DNA of 63,764 bases, counting the filler, from Octopus bimaculoides (lineage: Eukaryota): assembly GCF_001194135.2 (NCBI RefSeq). It is 4 parts of 4 records of this genome, joined end to end, with 100 filler letters (N's around TTAATTAATTAA, not from the genome) between each part and the next. Parts side by side here need not be neighbours in the genome. Positions count along the whole stretch, not along the records: positions 61,834 to 63,764 come from NC_068983.1; 3 more parts are not named here. One strand, written 5' to 3'. Shown one piece after another: positions 63,545 to 63,764 of this stretch; position 1 is the first letter of the stretch, and every line of letters starts with the position of its first letter. The position numbers and the translations under genes are program-made. The notes beneath the pieces are model-generated. The model saw nothing but the letters and a program-made list of their open reading frames with translations, made no database searches and was not told where the DNA came from.

Positions 63545-63721
63545 GTAAGTTGTAAGTCATACATTGTCTGATAACACTCTGAGTACACAGGCAAAACTCC
63601 AGAGTAGCAAGAGACTTGTTTAACCTAGATAAAAATATTACTACTTACTGAAATGGTAGTATTTTTATTGTGACAGTCAACACTAAATGGATATATATAT
63701 CTCCAGTATTTTTGCTCCTTA

Positions 63722-63764
<43 letters not shown>

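Overview
Eukaryotic, AT-rich, microsatellite-dense draft sequence with many N gaps. The SINE families look like those of octopod cephalopods; this organism call is inferred from recalled repeat sequences, not from a search. Three 100-nt spacers (44 N + TTAATTAATTAA + 44 N at 21160, 51636 and 61734) mark artificial scaffold joins. Almost all ORFs in the supplied track are microsatellite or N artefacts. The only convincing host coding sequence is two phase-compatible minus-strand exons of a secreted Cys-rich protein: a VWC-like repeat half (59380-59513) and a complete ShKT domain (52350-52478). The rest is mobile DNA: several tRNA-derived SINE families, at least six remnants of restriction-like-endonuclease (R4/Dong-type) LINEs, APE-type LINE remnants, four mariner remnants, an AcademX 3' end, a Penelope GIY-YIG remnant and several MITEs. 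Highlights: (i) two MITEs with GGATC...GATCC ends and perfect 8-bp target duplications, one carrying a central (TAACCC)7/(GGGTTA)7 telomeric palindrome; (ii) two type I hammerhead ribozyme motifs lying in the same sense as the ShKT/VWC gene, plus a dispersed repeat with a variant hammerhead-like core; (iii) a Dong-like LINE bracketed by (ACAT)n, suggesting microsatellite targeting; (iv) a mariner derivative with long inverted ends and a ~670-bp foldback element.
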